In this document: positions 27,193 through 35,891 of the stretch, in pieces | Numbering within the stretch: the stretch's first letter is position 1 | How the letters are laid out: the number at the start of each line of letters is the position of its first letter | Assembly: GCA_002299555.1 (NCBI GenBank) | Contig: DBOL01000055.1 | Location: 1 to 58,091 of the forward strand | From: Candidatus Aminicenantes bacterium UBA647 | GTDB taxonomy: Bacteria; Acidobacteriota; Aminicenantia; UBA2199 | Length of the DNA: 58,091 nucleotides | Direction: 5' to 3' | Notes under the pieces: model-generated | Told to the model about the DNA's origin: nothing | The model's input: only the letters and a program-made list of their open reading frames with translations | Databases searched by the model: none | Made by a program: the position numbers and the translations under genes

Positions 27193-27900
27193 CTATTTCT
27201 TCTCTTTCATAACCAGGTTTGCCCCATACAGAGCAATGAAGGAAATTGTTATGAAATACAAAATATCCCTGCTGTCTATTAAGCCCCTGGATATATTTTG
27301 AAAATGGAAATTTGCACTGAAATACTGGAAAAATCCAATAAAAGTATTAGGGATAAAATAGAGCAGGAAATCTGTCAGTAAAGTCAAAGCGAAACATATG
27401 GTCATCCCGGTTATAAATGCAATAACCTGATTACGGGTAAGTGAAGAAGCAAATATACCAATAGCACTGAAAGCAGCGCCGAGAAGGATAGCCCCGATAT
27501 AGCCTCCTATTACCGGACCCCAGTCCAATTCACCAACGAATGATATAGATATTGCATAGATAAGTGTAGGAAGCAGCATGATCACTATAAATGAGATTGC
27601 CGCAAGAAATTTCCCTAGTATTATATCACTGAATTTTACAGGAAGAGTAAGGAGAATTTCGTATGTTCCCAAATTCAATTCCTCTGAAAAAAGCTTCATG
27701 GTTATAGCCGGAACGATAAATGAGAAAGTTATTGGAAGGAGTGAAAAAAACCTCATCATGCTCGCCTGCCTGTTCAAAAAGAACGTTGAAAAGAATAGCC
27801 ATCCTATAACAAGCAAAAATAATGAGATCACAATATATGCAATGGGAGTGACAAAATAACTGTTGAATTCTTTCTTGAAAATGTGTTTTATATTTTTCAT
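27193..27900 (-). CDS. ABC-2 type permease (GldF-like)
   Basis: IFKKEFNSYF.TPIAY, PAITM...EE...GT.E.LLTLP, ILGKFLA and RGLIDSRD. Confidence 0.92.
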   Translation of the reverse strand: MKNIKHIFKKEFNSYFVTPIAYIVISLFLLVIGWLFFSTFFLNRQASMMRFFSLLPITFSFIVPAITMKLFSEELNLGTYEILLTLPVKFSDIILGKFLAAISFIVIMLLPTLIYAISISFVGELDWGPVIGGYIGAILLGAAFSAIGIFASSLTRNQVIAFITGMTICFALTLLTDFLLYFIPNTFIGFFQYFSANFHFQNISRGLIDSRDILYFITISFIALYGANLVMKEKK

Positions 27901-27902
27901 TA

Positions 27903-28619
27903 TTAGCTCCCTTTTGTGATCATTCTGAAAATAGTTTCAAAATTATCTTCATTGGTCGACTTTTTCAAATTTCCGATAGTGTCGTTCGCTTTAATTTCCC
28001 CTTCATCCATTATCACAACTCTGTCACAAGTTGCTTCGGCCTCACTAAGTATGTGAGTTGAAAAAATTATAGTTTTTTCCTTACCTATCCTTCTGATTAT
28101 ATCTCTTGTCTCGACTATCTGATTCGGGTCAAGTCCTGAGGTCGGTTCATCAAGTACAAGAATATCCGGATCCCCCATCAAAGCATGAGCTATCCCAACC
28201 CTCTGCCTGTATCCTTTTGAAAGCTCATCGATCGTTTTATGCATTACATTTTTCAACCTGCATATATCTGAAAGCTCTTTTAAATGAGAAAATTTATTAC
28301 TTTGACTTACATTCCTGATATCTGCAATATAGTTGAGATAGTCATAAACCAGCATATCCTTATAGATCGGAGCTGATTCAGGAAGATAACCGATCATCTT
28401 CTTTATTTCAACCATATCTTCATTTATATCAAAATCTTTCACTTTTATCGTTCCAGATGTTGGCTTAAGATAACCGGTTAATATTCTGTATGTAGTTGTT
28501 TTTCCGGCACCATTAGGGCCTAACAAACCTAATATTTCCCCTTTTTTAACCTCAAATGAAACACTCTTAAGTGCTTTTACATCCCCATAATTTTTTGACA
28601 ACTCAATAACCTGGATCAT
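27903..28619 (-). CDS. ABC transporter ATP-binding protein (GldA-like)
   Basis: GPNGAGKTT, LSKGYRQ, LDEPTSG and STH. The AGGAG SD supports the start at 28619. Confidence 0.95.
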   Translation of the reverse strand: MIQVIELSKNYGDVKALKSVSFEVKKGEILGLLGPNGAGKTTTYRILTGYLKPTSGTIKVKDFDINEDMVEIKKMIGYLPESAPIYKDMLVYDYLNYIADIRNVSQSNKFSHLKELSDICRLKNVMHKTIDELSKGYRQRVGIAHALMGDPDILVLDEPTSGLDPNQIVETRDIIRRIGKEKTIIFSTHILSEAEATCDRVVIMDEGEIKANDTIGNLKKSTNEDNFETIFRMITKGS

Positions 28620-28758
28620 TAAACTCTCCTGTTTGATTACGACATTTTCTAATTCTATCAAATTCATATCCGCTGTCAAGACCGCTATAAGTAAGTTTCC
28701 CAGATGTATGGATTGACTTTCCAAAACAATTAAACTATAAATCATTTTAGGAGAACTT

Positions 28759-29910
28759 ATGGAGAAATTATCCGGCGATGAATTGATCGCACTTATCAGT
28801 TCTGTATTTCCAAGATTAGACAATGACAGGAAGATGGGAATTCTTGTTGACATCCCACGGAGTGATAGTCAGGACAATGATGACTGGAAGAAAAGACGTG
28901 AGATATGCCGGAATTGGTATGCAGAATTAAGAAAAAGCATTGGTTCTATAGGATTGGAAAAGATCGATCTTATCGCCTACCCTGATGTGAAATCCAACAA
29001 TGCAGACCTCCCTGATTCAGGATATATTATTAAGGATAGCTTACCGGAAATAGAAAACGGCCTCCAGGAGAACGGAGTTTTAACCGGGTTCTCTGAAATA
29101 TTCAGGGATTACCAGATATTTCTTGCTCCTACCGAATACTCAACGACCGCACCTTTAAAAAATAGTGCCAAAAAATATGGATTCAGAGCCGCAACGATGC
29201 CGGGATTCTCAGATAAAATGATCCCTGCATTAAGAATAGATTATAATGAGGTATTCAGAAGGGTTAAACTTATAAAGAACCTTCTTGATCCTGCTGTAAA
29301 AGCAGAAGTAATATTTGAAGTTGATGATATAAGTGAATATCGAATGGATTTTGATCTCCGTTTCAGGAAAAGCCAAATGAGTTCCGGCCGGTTCACTGAT
29401 CCGGCAACTGCCGGAAATTTACCCAGTGGCGAAACTTATATAGTCCCTTATGAAGGTGAGCTTGAGGAGAAAAGTGAAACAAAGGGGACTCTTCCTGTTC
29501 AGATAGGAGGCGATGTCCTATTCTATTCCATAATTGAAAACAATGCAGTTGAAGTTCTCGGAAGTGGTGATTCCCTTAAATATGAAGCGGATTTTCTCCA
29601 AAATGAACCGGCTTACGGGAATATGGCTGAACTTGGATTTGGAGTATTGGGAGATTTCGGACTTGAGCCTATAAATGAGATCCTTCTCGATGAAAAACTC
29701 GGGTTTCATGTAGCATTCGGAAGAAGTGACCATTTCGGCGGGATAATCAGTCCGGATAAATTTTCAGCACCTGATAAAGTTATCCATCTGGATCGGGTCT
29801 ATATTCCCAAAATGCAACCGAGAGTATCAGTGAAATCTATCATTCTCCATTTTCCTGACAGAGACCCTGAACTGATTTTTGAGAACGGGAATTATATAGT
29901 ATTCGACTGA
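28759..29910 (+). CDS. Peptidase M29-like (AmpS/AmpT-type) aminopeptidase
   Basis: GNLPSGE, AELGFG, LLDEK and GFHVAFG metal-ligand motifs. Confidence 0.8.
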   Translation: MEKLSGDELIALISSVFPRLDNDRKMGILVDIPRSDSQDNDDWKKRREICRNWYAELRKSIGSIGLEKIDLIAYPDVKSNNADLPDSGYIIKDSLPEIENGLQENGVLTGFSEIFRDYQIFLAPTEYSTTAPLKNSAKKYGFRAATMPGFSDKMIPALRIDYNEVFRRVKLIKNLLDPAVKAEVIFEVDDISEYRMDFDLRFRKSQMSSGRFTDPATAGNLPSGETYIVPYEGELEEKSETKGTLPVQIGGDVLFYSIIENNAVEVLGSGDSLKYEADFLQNEPAYGNMAELGFGVLGDFGLEPINEILLDEKLGFHVAFGRSDHFGGIISPDKFSAPDKVIHLDRVYIPKMQPRVSVKSIILHFPDRDPELIFENGNYIVFD

Positions 29911-32097
29911 TCAGATTTCCAGGTTGGTAAATTCATTTGAAGTTTCAAATTCATATTCAGGATATTCGAAAACGGCCATCCTCGATTCTGTATTACCTAT
30001 TGAATAGCAATACAGACCCTCATAATCGGCCATATCTTCTCCCATTTCGCTTATCTGCCTCAGATATTCACTAATAGTTTTTGACTCTATGATCACAACT
30101 TTCCCCATTTTATTAATTACAGGACTATGTTTTCGGGTTTTGTCATAATCAAACTCAAGGATTCTCCTGCCATACCTTGTTATTCCAATAACACGAAAAG
30201 TCAGACTTTTCCCAACCCCCGGGAGGTTAATAACACTTCGGTCTGAAGCAAGAAATGGAATATTCTTCTGTTTCCTTATATCATTGATATAAGCCCTTAC
30301 CTTTCTGCTCTTATGGGGAAAACTCATTACTTTGTTCTGGCTGACCCTGTCAACTTTTCCCAGATATTTTTCTTCCCTTTGTTCCTGTACAAACCTTGCA
30401 ATAGGAGTGAAACTATGAAAATTCTCCATATATCCTTTTACACTGAATGTATAATAGCAAAGGATTCCGATGTCATTCAATGTTTTTCTAAGTTTCGCAT
30501 TGTGTCCCCTCCTTGACGCAGAAGCAGTATATACATGCTGATTTGTAACTATCCATCCGGAATCAAGGATCATTTTCACAGCTGTTTCGGTCTCTTTTGT
30601 AATTTCAAGAGGGGATTGGAAATGAGTTTGTATTATAAATTGTTTAATGCCTAACTTAAGTGCTTTTTCCCTGAACCAGGCAAGCACGTTACACAATTCA
30701 GGTGTGACACGCTGGGGAATATATGCAAGCAGCCTTGTACCTAATCTTACTCTGACAATTTCAGCATACTTGAAACCGTTTTTTCTCTCTTTATTGTCCG
30801 ATCTTTTAGATATTGCCATTTTATAAATTTCATCTAAAAGTTCCTTTAGAAATTTATCGGAACTCATCAAGGCATCTCCGCCTGTGATCAAAATATCCCT
30901 CAACTGGGAATCATACCTGAAATAATCCATTAATATTTTCTGCTTTTCCTTCCATTTCACTCCAGGTTTCAATTTTTCAAGATCAAAATTCAGGTGTCCT
31001 CTCTGAAAATCATACATTCTCTGACAACTTGTGCAGAGTCCTCCGCAAGCTCTTCCCGTCGAATCAGGAATAAGGATCGCAACTTCAGGATACCTCCTGT
31101 GAACATTCCTGTCCCCCGGCAGGATCCATCCGGCTGCATTCGGCTTCCCGGGTTCTACTATATCCTCTTTCTCCCACGCAACAATATGTCCGAACTCTTC
31201 AATCAATTGTTTACTATAAAAAACGTAATCTCTTATAGGAAGATCTGACCCAATTGCAAAATATGGCGCTCTGACATGTATCAGAGAAAGATAATATGGA
31301 TTTACAAAAAAAGGAATTCCTTTATTTTCAGCATCTTTAAGAATATTAATTGTATCAGGATCAAGTGAATTTCCGAGTAGTTCGTTAAGATCTTCTGGAT
31401 TTCTGACAGCAAACCTTAAATGGAATTTCCAGTTATTCCACCATTCCATCGCCTTAAGATATTTTTGCTCATGTGACAAATTTTCTTCAAACCTGAACCT
31501 TTTACTTGACACTTTGCCACTTTCTATCCATTGGATTATCTTGTTAAGGATCCTCTCTTTGTTCTCTTCACATAATCTTACTATCCTGGTATCAAGTCCG
31601 GAAACATACCTGTTCATCCAGTCAACAACTTTTTTCGGAGGAGTTTTTTTTGGACTCATTTCACCTCTGAACTGTCTGAACAGCATCACCATATCCTCAT
31701 AAAAATCCGGTTTGGCACCACCTGTACCGTAAGTTACTCCAAGCCATATCAATTTGATCGGGTTACTGACAGCTTTTTCCCCTCTCAGGTTCAGATCATT
31801 GAATTCCCTGCCCGCATTCTCAATATAATCCAGAATTCGTATCACTGCAATATCTTTGCTTTCAATTGAGCTTAATATTTTTCCTATGTTTTTTTTTTTT
31901 GTAAAATAATCAAAAGATTTTTGATTCTTTTTTAATTCATCAAGAGCAAGATTTCTTACCCCGACCATAGCCTCTGTTTCATTTCTGGCTCTTCTCATAA
32001 TTTCGCTTAATTTCTTATTCTCTTTTAATAATTGATTTAAAAGTTTATGCGAACTTACACTTATAGCAATTTTATCAAGGTTCTCTATATTGTTCAT
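29911..32097 (-). CDS. Long-form KamA family radical SAM protein (lysine 2,3-aminomutase-like)
   Basis: HRRYP, CGGLCTSC (CxxxCxxC), DILITGGD, RLGTR, THFQSP and PGVGK; SD before the ATG at 32097. Confidence 0.88.
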   Translation of the reverse strand: MNNIENLDKIAISVSSHKLLNQLLKENKKLSEIMRRARNETEAMVGVRNLALDELKKNQKSFDYFTKKKNIGKILSSIESKDIAVIRILDYIENAGREFNDLNLRGEKAVSNPIKLIWLGVTYGTGGAKPDFYEDMVMLFRQFRGEMSPKKTPPKKVVDWMNRYVSGLDTRIVRLCEENKERILNKIIQWIESGKVSSKRFRFEENLSHEQKYLKAMEWWNNWKFHLRFAVRNPEDLNELLGNSLDPDTINILKDAENKGIPFFVNPYYLSLIHVRAPYFAIGSDLPIRDYVFYSKQLIEEFGHIVAWEKEDIVEPGKPNAAGWILPGDRNVHRRYPEVAILIPDSTGRACGGLCTSCQRMYDFQRGHLNFDLEKLKPGVKWKEKQKILMDYFRYDSQLRDILITGGDALMSSDKFLKELLDEIYKMAISKRSDNKERKNGFKYAEIVRVRLGTRLLAYIPQRVTPELCNVLAWFREKALKLGIKQFIIQTHFQSPLEITKETETAVKMILDSGWIVTNQHVYTASASRRGHNAKLRKTLNDIGILCYYTFSVKGYMENFHSFTPIARFVQEQREEKYLGKVDRVSQNKVMSFPHKSRKVRAYINDIRKQKNIPFLASDRSVINLPGVGKSLTFRVIGITRYGRRILEFDYDKTRKHSPVINKMGKVVIIESKTISEYLRQISEMGEDMADYEGLYCYSIGNTESRMAVFEYPEYEFETSNEFTNLEI

Positions 32098-32210
32098 GAT
32101 TATTCCTTTCAACTAAAATATACATCAAATATATGTAAATTTCATATAAAAAATTAAATATTTTACGTATTTTACATATTAACCAAATGCATGATCAGGC
32201 AGGGTATGGG

Positions 32211-33164
32211 CTAAATTTCTTCCAATAGGAGTGATGTTATGATCGGTAATAACAGGTTCGGATTTCCCTGAATACGGTATATTGAAATGTTGTCGGAATC
32301 AGCCAGCTTTTCTATATCTGATCTTACGGAATTATCCTCAATATCGCCTGTAATACCAATGGAAATATTTTTTAAAAGGGAACCGCTTTCAGAACAGAAT
32401 TCCAGAGCATTGATAAGAATATCAAGTCCATTCCGGTCTATGTTCGTGGCAACATAAACACCATCTTTGCAAATATTTGAAATAATCGAAGAGTAAAGAA
32501 TAAAATCTCTGTCGAGAATGTTACCGAATATTTTTCCTTCAAAATTTGAGTGATAATGCAGTTTGCTTGCACCCGGCAGTGAATGGACCACTATCGGAAT
32601 ATTGAGTTTATATCCATTTGCAAGGATGCTGAATTTATTATAACTGAATTTAGAGGTTGAAAGATACTCACCTACTGCCTCTCCGGCACCTTTCTCTTTT
32701 TTATCACCTTCCTTAAAAGCAATATTCATGAAAAGCCCTGTCTCTTCCGCAATTCCGATGACCTCATTATCATTTGTAAAACTATTTTTGTAATCAATGA
32801 ACTTTCCGGATAAAGCGATCTCAAAATCTCTTATTAAAAATTCCTCATTAATTGAAATAGCAGAGATCCAACCACGATGCATCAGGTCAATTATTAAAGG
32901 AGATAATCCGTTTGAGATAATGTCAGGGCTCAAAGATAAAAGGATCGGATATTCACCATTACGTGCAAATTTGATCTTCCTGATCAACTCATTGAGATCA
33001 TTTTTCCCATTTATGGAGCTATTGTAGTTAAGAATAGCTTTCAATCCCACACCGGGTAAATGAGTCTTTAATAGAACTTCAGGATCAAATTTTGATTTGA
33101 AGTTCTCAAGAGTTACACTTTTTGATTTCCTTTTCTTTAATAATGGGAACTTTGAGTATGTCAT
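32211..33164 (-). CDS. Divergent deoxyhypusine-synthase-like fold protein
   Basis: GLSPLIIDLM.RG, DFEIA, AEETG, GAGEAVG and SIL....LNIP..VH resemble the bacterial DHS-like family; several core residues are altered. Confidence 0.55.
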   Translation of the reverse strand: MTYSKFPLLKKRKSKSVTLENFKSKFDPEVLLKTHLPGVGLKAILNYNSSINGKNDLNELIRKIKFARNGEYPILLSLSPDIISNGLSPLIIDLMHRGWISAISINEEFLIRDFEIALSGKFIDYKNSFTNDNEVIGIAEETGLFMNIAFKEGDKKEKGAGEAVGEYLSTSKFSYNKFSILANGYKLNIPIVVHSLPGASKLHYHSNFEGKIFGNILDRDFILYSSIISNICKDGVYVATNIDRNGLDILINALEFCSESGSLLKNISIGITGDIEDNSVRSDIEKLADSDNISIYRIQGNPNLLLPIITSLLLEEI

Positions 33165-33706
33165 TATTCCTTTTTAAGCGATCTGGAATATTTTATTATG
33201 TATTCTATTGCACTGTAAATAGTGAGGAATACTGCAATGTATAAGATAAGGGTACCTATTTTGTGCAGGTATTCCGGATAAGGAAGTTTTTTGTAAATAA
33301 TGAATATTGATATAGAAATGATCTGAAACAATGTCTTGTTTTTTGCAATTTTTGATGCTGAAAACGATGCCTCTTTCATATAAAAATAGAACCTGAATGC
33401 AGTCATGAATATTTCTCTCAGTATAATAACTGCAGCAGCCCATGTTTCGATTTCATTAAGTGAAACAAGCGCAATAAGTGCAGCTGAAATAAGTAGTTTA
33501 TCTGCTATAGGATCAAGAAATTTCCCCAGATCGGTCACCTGATCAAATTTTCTTGCAACATATCCGTCAAAAGCATCTGATATTGAAGCTATAAGGAATA
33601 CTACAAATGCAAAAATCTCTTTATTTTCCATTTCAGTGAGGAGGATAACCAAAAATATAGGGACAAGGAGGATCCTTAGTAAAGTTATTATATTTGCCTT
33701 GGTCAT
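33164..33706 (-). CDS. pgsA: CDP-diacylglycerol--glycerol-3-phosphate 3-phosphatidyltransferase
   Basis: ANIITLLRI and DAFDGYVARKFDQVTDLGKFLDPIADK CDP-alcohol phosphotransferase motif. Confidence 0.95.
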   Translation of the reverse strand: MTKANIITLLRILLVPIFLVILLTEMENKEIFAFVVFLIASISDAFDGYVARKFDQVTDLGKFLDPIADKLLISAALIALVSLNEIETWAAAVIILREIFMTAFRFYFYMKEASFSASKIAKNKTLFQIISISIFIIYKKLPYPEYLHKIGTLILYIAVFLTIYSAIEYIIKYSRSLKKE

Positions 33707-33711
33707 ATTAC

Positions 33712-33740
33712 ATTTTATAATTAATATTTTTAAAAATCAA
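33712..33740 (-). promoter_or_regulatory. pgsA promoter TTGATT-17-TAAAAT
   Basis: -35 at 33740-33735, -10 at 33717-33712, 5 nt before the ATG. Confidence 0.55.
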
Positions 33741-33779
33741 TTAAGCCAATTGCAAAAATCTATTTTTACAATTAGCTTA

Positions 33780-34535
33780 CTATTCAAGATTAATGTTGGA
33801 AGATCTTGCAAGAGTTACTGCATAAATTGCCGATGTATATTTCCTGAGCAAAATTGAACATTTGTTGATAGTTGTGCCGGTTGTATATACATCATCTATC
33901 AAAAGTACTCTTTTCCCTTTGAGTTTTTCCGGATCAACAACAATAAATGCTCTGTTCAAGTTTTTTAGTCTTTGATTATAGTTAAGGGATGATTGTTTCC
34001 CGGTCGTTCTCCTTTTAATAAGATTCCCGACAGATATATCGACCCCGCTCCTTTTGGATATAAGAACTGCAATTTCTGTGACAGGTTCAAAGACCTTCTT
34101 CCTTCCCGGATCAGGTGGAACCGGAATGATAAGATCAAATTCTTTTCCAATACTACTATTTATAATTTCAAGAAACAAACCGGAAATATAATACTTTAAA
34201 GGTTCGATCCCGGATAATTTATAGAGGAGGATCAATTTTCTCATTTTATCCCTATATATATTGTATGATAAATGCTTTTTATATGCGGGTTTGCGGAGAA
34301 TACATTGTCCGCAAATAGAGTTTCCACTGCTTATCTGTATACTGCAGATCTCACATTGACAAGATTCTCTGTTACTTATCTCATCTTTACATTTTTCACA
34401 AATAAATTTTTCCTTGAATGAAGAAAGTATATCGGAACATATCAAACATCTTTTTTGAAAGAGAGAGTTTTCTATTATGTGAATAATCAGTGAATAGAAT
34501 GAACTAAAATGATTTGAGATCAGGTTGGTTTTCAT
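33780..34535 (-). CDS. comF: ComF family protein (zinc ribbons and phosphoribosyltransferase domain)
   Basis: CLIC, CEKC, CEIC and CGQC; YKLSG, PVPP and VLLIDDVYTTGTT. Confidence 0.92.
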   Translation of the reverse strand: MKTNLISNHFSSFYSLIIHIIENSLFQKRCLICSDILSSFKEKFICEKCKDEISNRESCQCEICSIQISSGNSICGQCILRKPAYKKHLSYNIYRDKMRKLILLYKLSGIEPLKYYISGLFLEIINSSIGKEFDLIIPVPPDPGRKKVFEPVTEIAVLISKRSGVDISVGNLIKRRTTGKQSSLNYNQRLKNLNRAFIVVDPEKLKGKRVLLIDDVYTTGTTINKCSILLRKYTSAIYAVTLARSSNINLE

Positions 34536-34638
34536 GGTTTTATAATAATATAGACAGGACTATTTTTAAACATTTTTTACTTTTTTTTCATTAGAAAATA
34601 TGTTAATATTTTTTTACTCTGGAATGTTCATAATATAT

Positions 34639-34711
34639 GCGCCCGTGGCTCAAAGGATAGAGCGTCTGCCTCCGGAGCAGAAGGTTGCAGGTTCAATTCC
34701 TGCCGGGCGTG
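34639..34711 (+). tRNA. tRNA-Arg (anticodon CCG), CCA not encoded
   Basis: Acceptor stem GCGCCCG/CGGGCGT, anticodon arm TCTGC-CTCCGGA-GCAGA, T-arm GCAGG-TTCAATT-CCTGC. Confidence 0.97.
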
Positions 34712-34758
34712 TTTTGCTTGAAACTGATTCAGGGTAAATGATATAAAAGGAGATTTTA

Positions 34759-35496
34759 ATGAAAAAAATTATTTTAATTCTAGTGATTTCTGTTTTCTTA
34801 TTCTCTGTTGTAAGTGGTGATATATACGTTAAAACAAAAACCCACACAGATGCTATGGAGATAATGGGACAGAAGCAAGCCGCAAAAGATGAGATAGTTG
34901 AGCAGTGGATCGGTGATAATATTTATACAAATATCACAGGCAAGCAGACAATGATCATTGATATGAACAAAAAGATGATCTATATTTTGATCCATGGAAA
35001 CAAATCATATGTTGAAACACCTTTACCTCTTGATATGAAAAAACTTCTTCCTGCACAGGCTGTTCAGATGATGTCAATGATGAAACTTACTCTGAAGATT
35101 ACACCCACAACTGAAACAAAAGTTATAAACAACTGGAAATGTGTCGGGTATGATATGGATATGAGTATGATGATGATGTCGATGAAAAGCAGGATCTGGG
35201 TAACTAAGGATGTTCCGTTTGACTGGAAAAAATTCCAGGATATGTTTGGCGTTGAAACATTTAAAGCAACAATGGCATCTATGCAGATCGGCGATGAGGT
35301 TATCGAAGAGATGAAAAAAATCAAGGGTTTTCAAGTTAAAACTGAAATGACAATGACAATTATGGGTCAGAGTGTAAAAATAACTTCTGATGTTATTGAG
35401 ATTGCAAAGAAGAGTGCTCCGGCCGGTGTTTATAAAATTCCAGCTGATTATAAGAAAGAGGCAAAACTTTCAATGGGCGCATTACGCGGTAAATAA
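34759..35496 (+). CDS. Exported DUF4412-like protein, Met-rich
   Basis: AAGGAG SD, signal peptide, IIDMNKK..Y.L......Y, TETKVINNWKC..Y and C-terminal VYKIPADYK. Confidence 0.75.
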   Translation: MKKIILILVISVFLFSVVSGDIYVKTKTHTDAMEIMGQKQAAKDEIVEQWIGDNIYTNITGKQTMIIDMNKKMIYILIHGNKSYVETPLPLDMKKLLPAQAVQMMSMMKLTLKITPTTETKVINNWKCVGYDMDMSMMMMSMKSRIWVTKDVPFDWKKFQDMFGVETFKATMASMQIGDEVIEEMKKIKGFQVKTEMTMTIMGQSVKITSDVIEIAKKSAPAGVYKIPADYKKEAKLSMGALRGK

Positions 35497-35505
35497 AATA
35501 TTAAA

Positions 35506-35534
35506 GGGGCCGGGTTATTCCGGCCTCCTTTTTT
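35506..35534 (+). terminator. Intrinsic terminator between convergent genes
   Basis: GGGGCCGG-gttatt-CCGGCCTC stem followed by a T run; it overlaps the stop of the PqqD-like gene. Confidence 0.7.
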
Positions 35535-35874
35535 CCTCATTCACCTTAATAAATTTGTTCTTAAACATAAGAGCAATAAAATGTTCAACCCTTCTCTCAG
35601 CGTTTAAAAAAGATTCTTCACTTTTTTCTTTCTTAACAATCTCTCCTAACTCTTTAATACTGATCTCTCCATTAATGTTTTTCCAAACAAGAGTTCCTGT
35701 TTCATCAAGATGTATCCTGAAGAACTGATTTTTTCCAAAAAGATCAATTATCCATTTCATAATTCTGTTCCGGGACTTCTCTTTTAATAAATATACTTTT
35801 CCATCATCCCCTGTATCCCAATTGATATTTTTTTCAGGTCTCTGATCTGAAAAATATATTTTTCTTTTTTTCAT
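35515..35874 (-). CDS. PqqD-family (RRE-like winged-helix) protein
   Basis: IHLDETGTLVWKNINGEISIKELGEIV...RVEHFIALMFKNKFI matches the PqqD pattern. Confidence 0.8.
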   Translation of the reverse strand: MKKRKIYFSDQRPEKNINWDTGDDGKVYLLKEKSRNRIMKWIIDLFGKNQFFRIHLDETGTLVWKNINGEISIKELGEIVKKEKSEESFLNAERRVEHFIALMFKNKFIKVNEEKRRPE

Positions 35875-35891
35875 TTAGTTTTATCTCCCTC

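Noticed and set aside
32130-32148. TATATG-n7-CATATA repeat upstream of the KamA-like gene
   Set aside because: The arms are short and almost all A/T in a very AT-rich spacer, so it cannot be distinguished from chance.
34639-34711. tRNA-Arg as an attachment site for an island
   Set aside because: No duplicated tRNA 3' end or integrase was found in the window.
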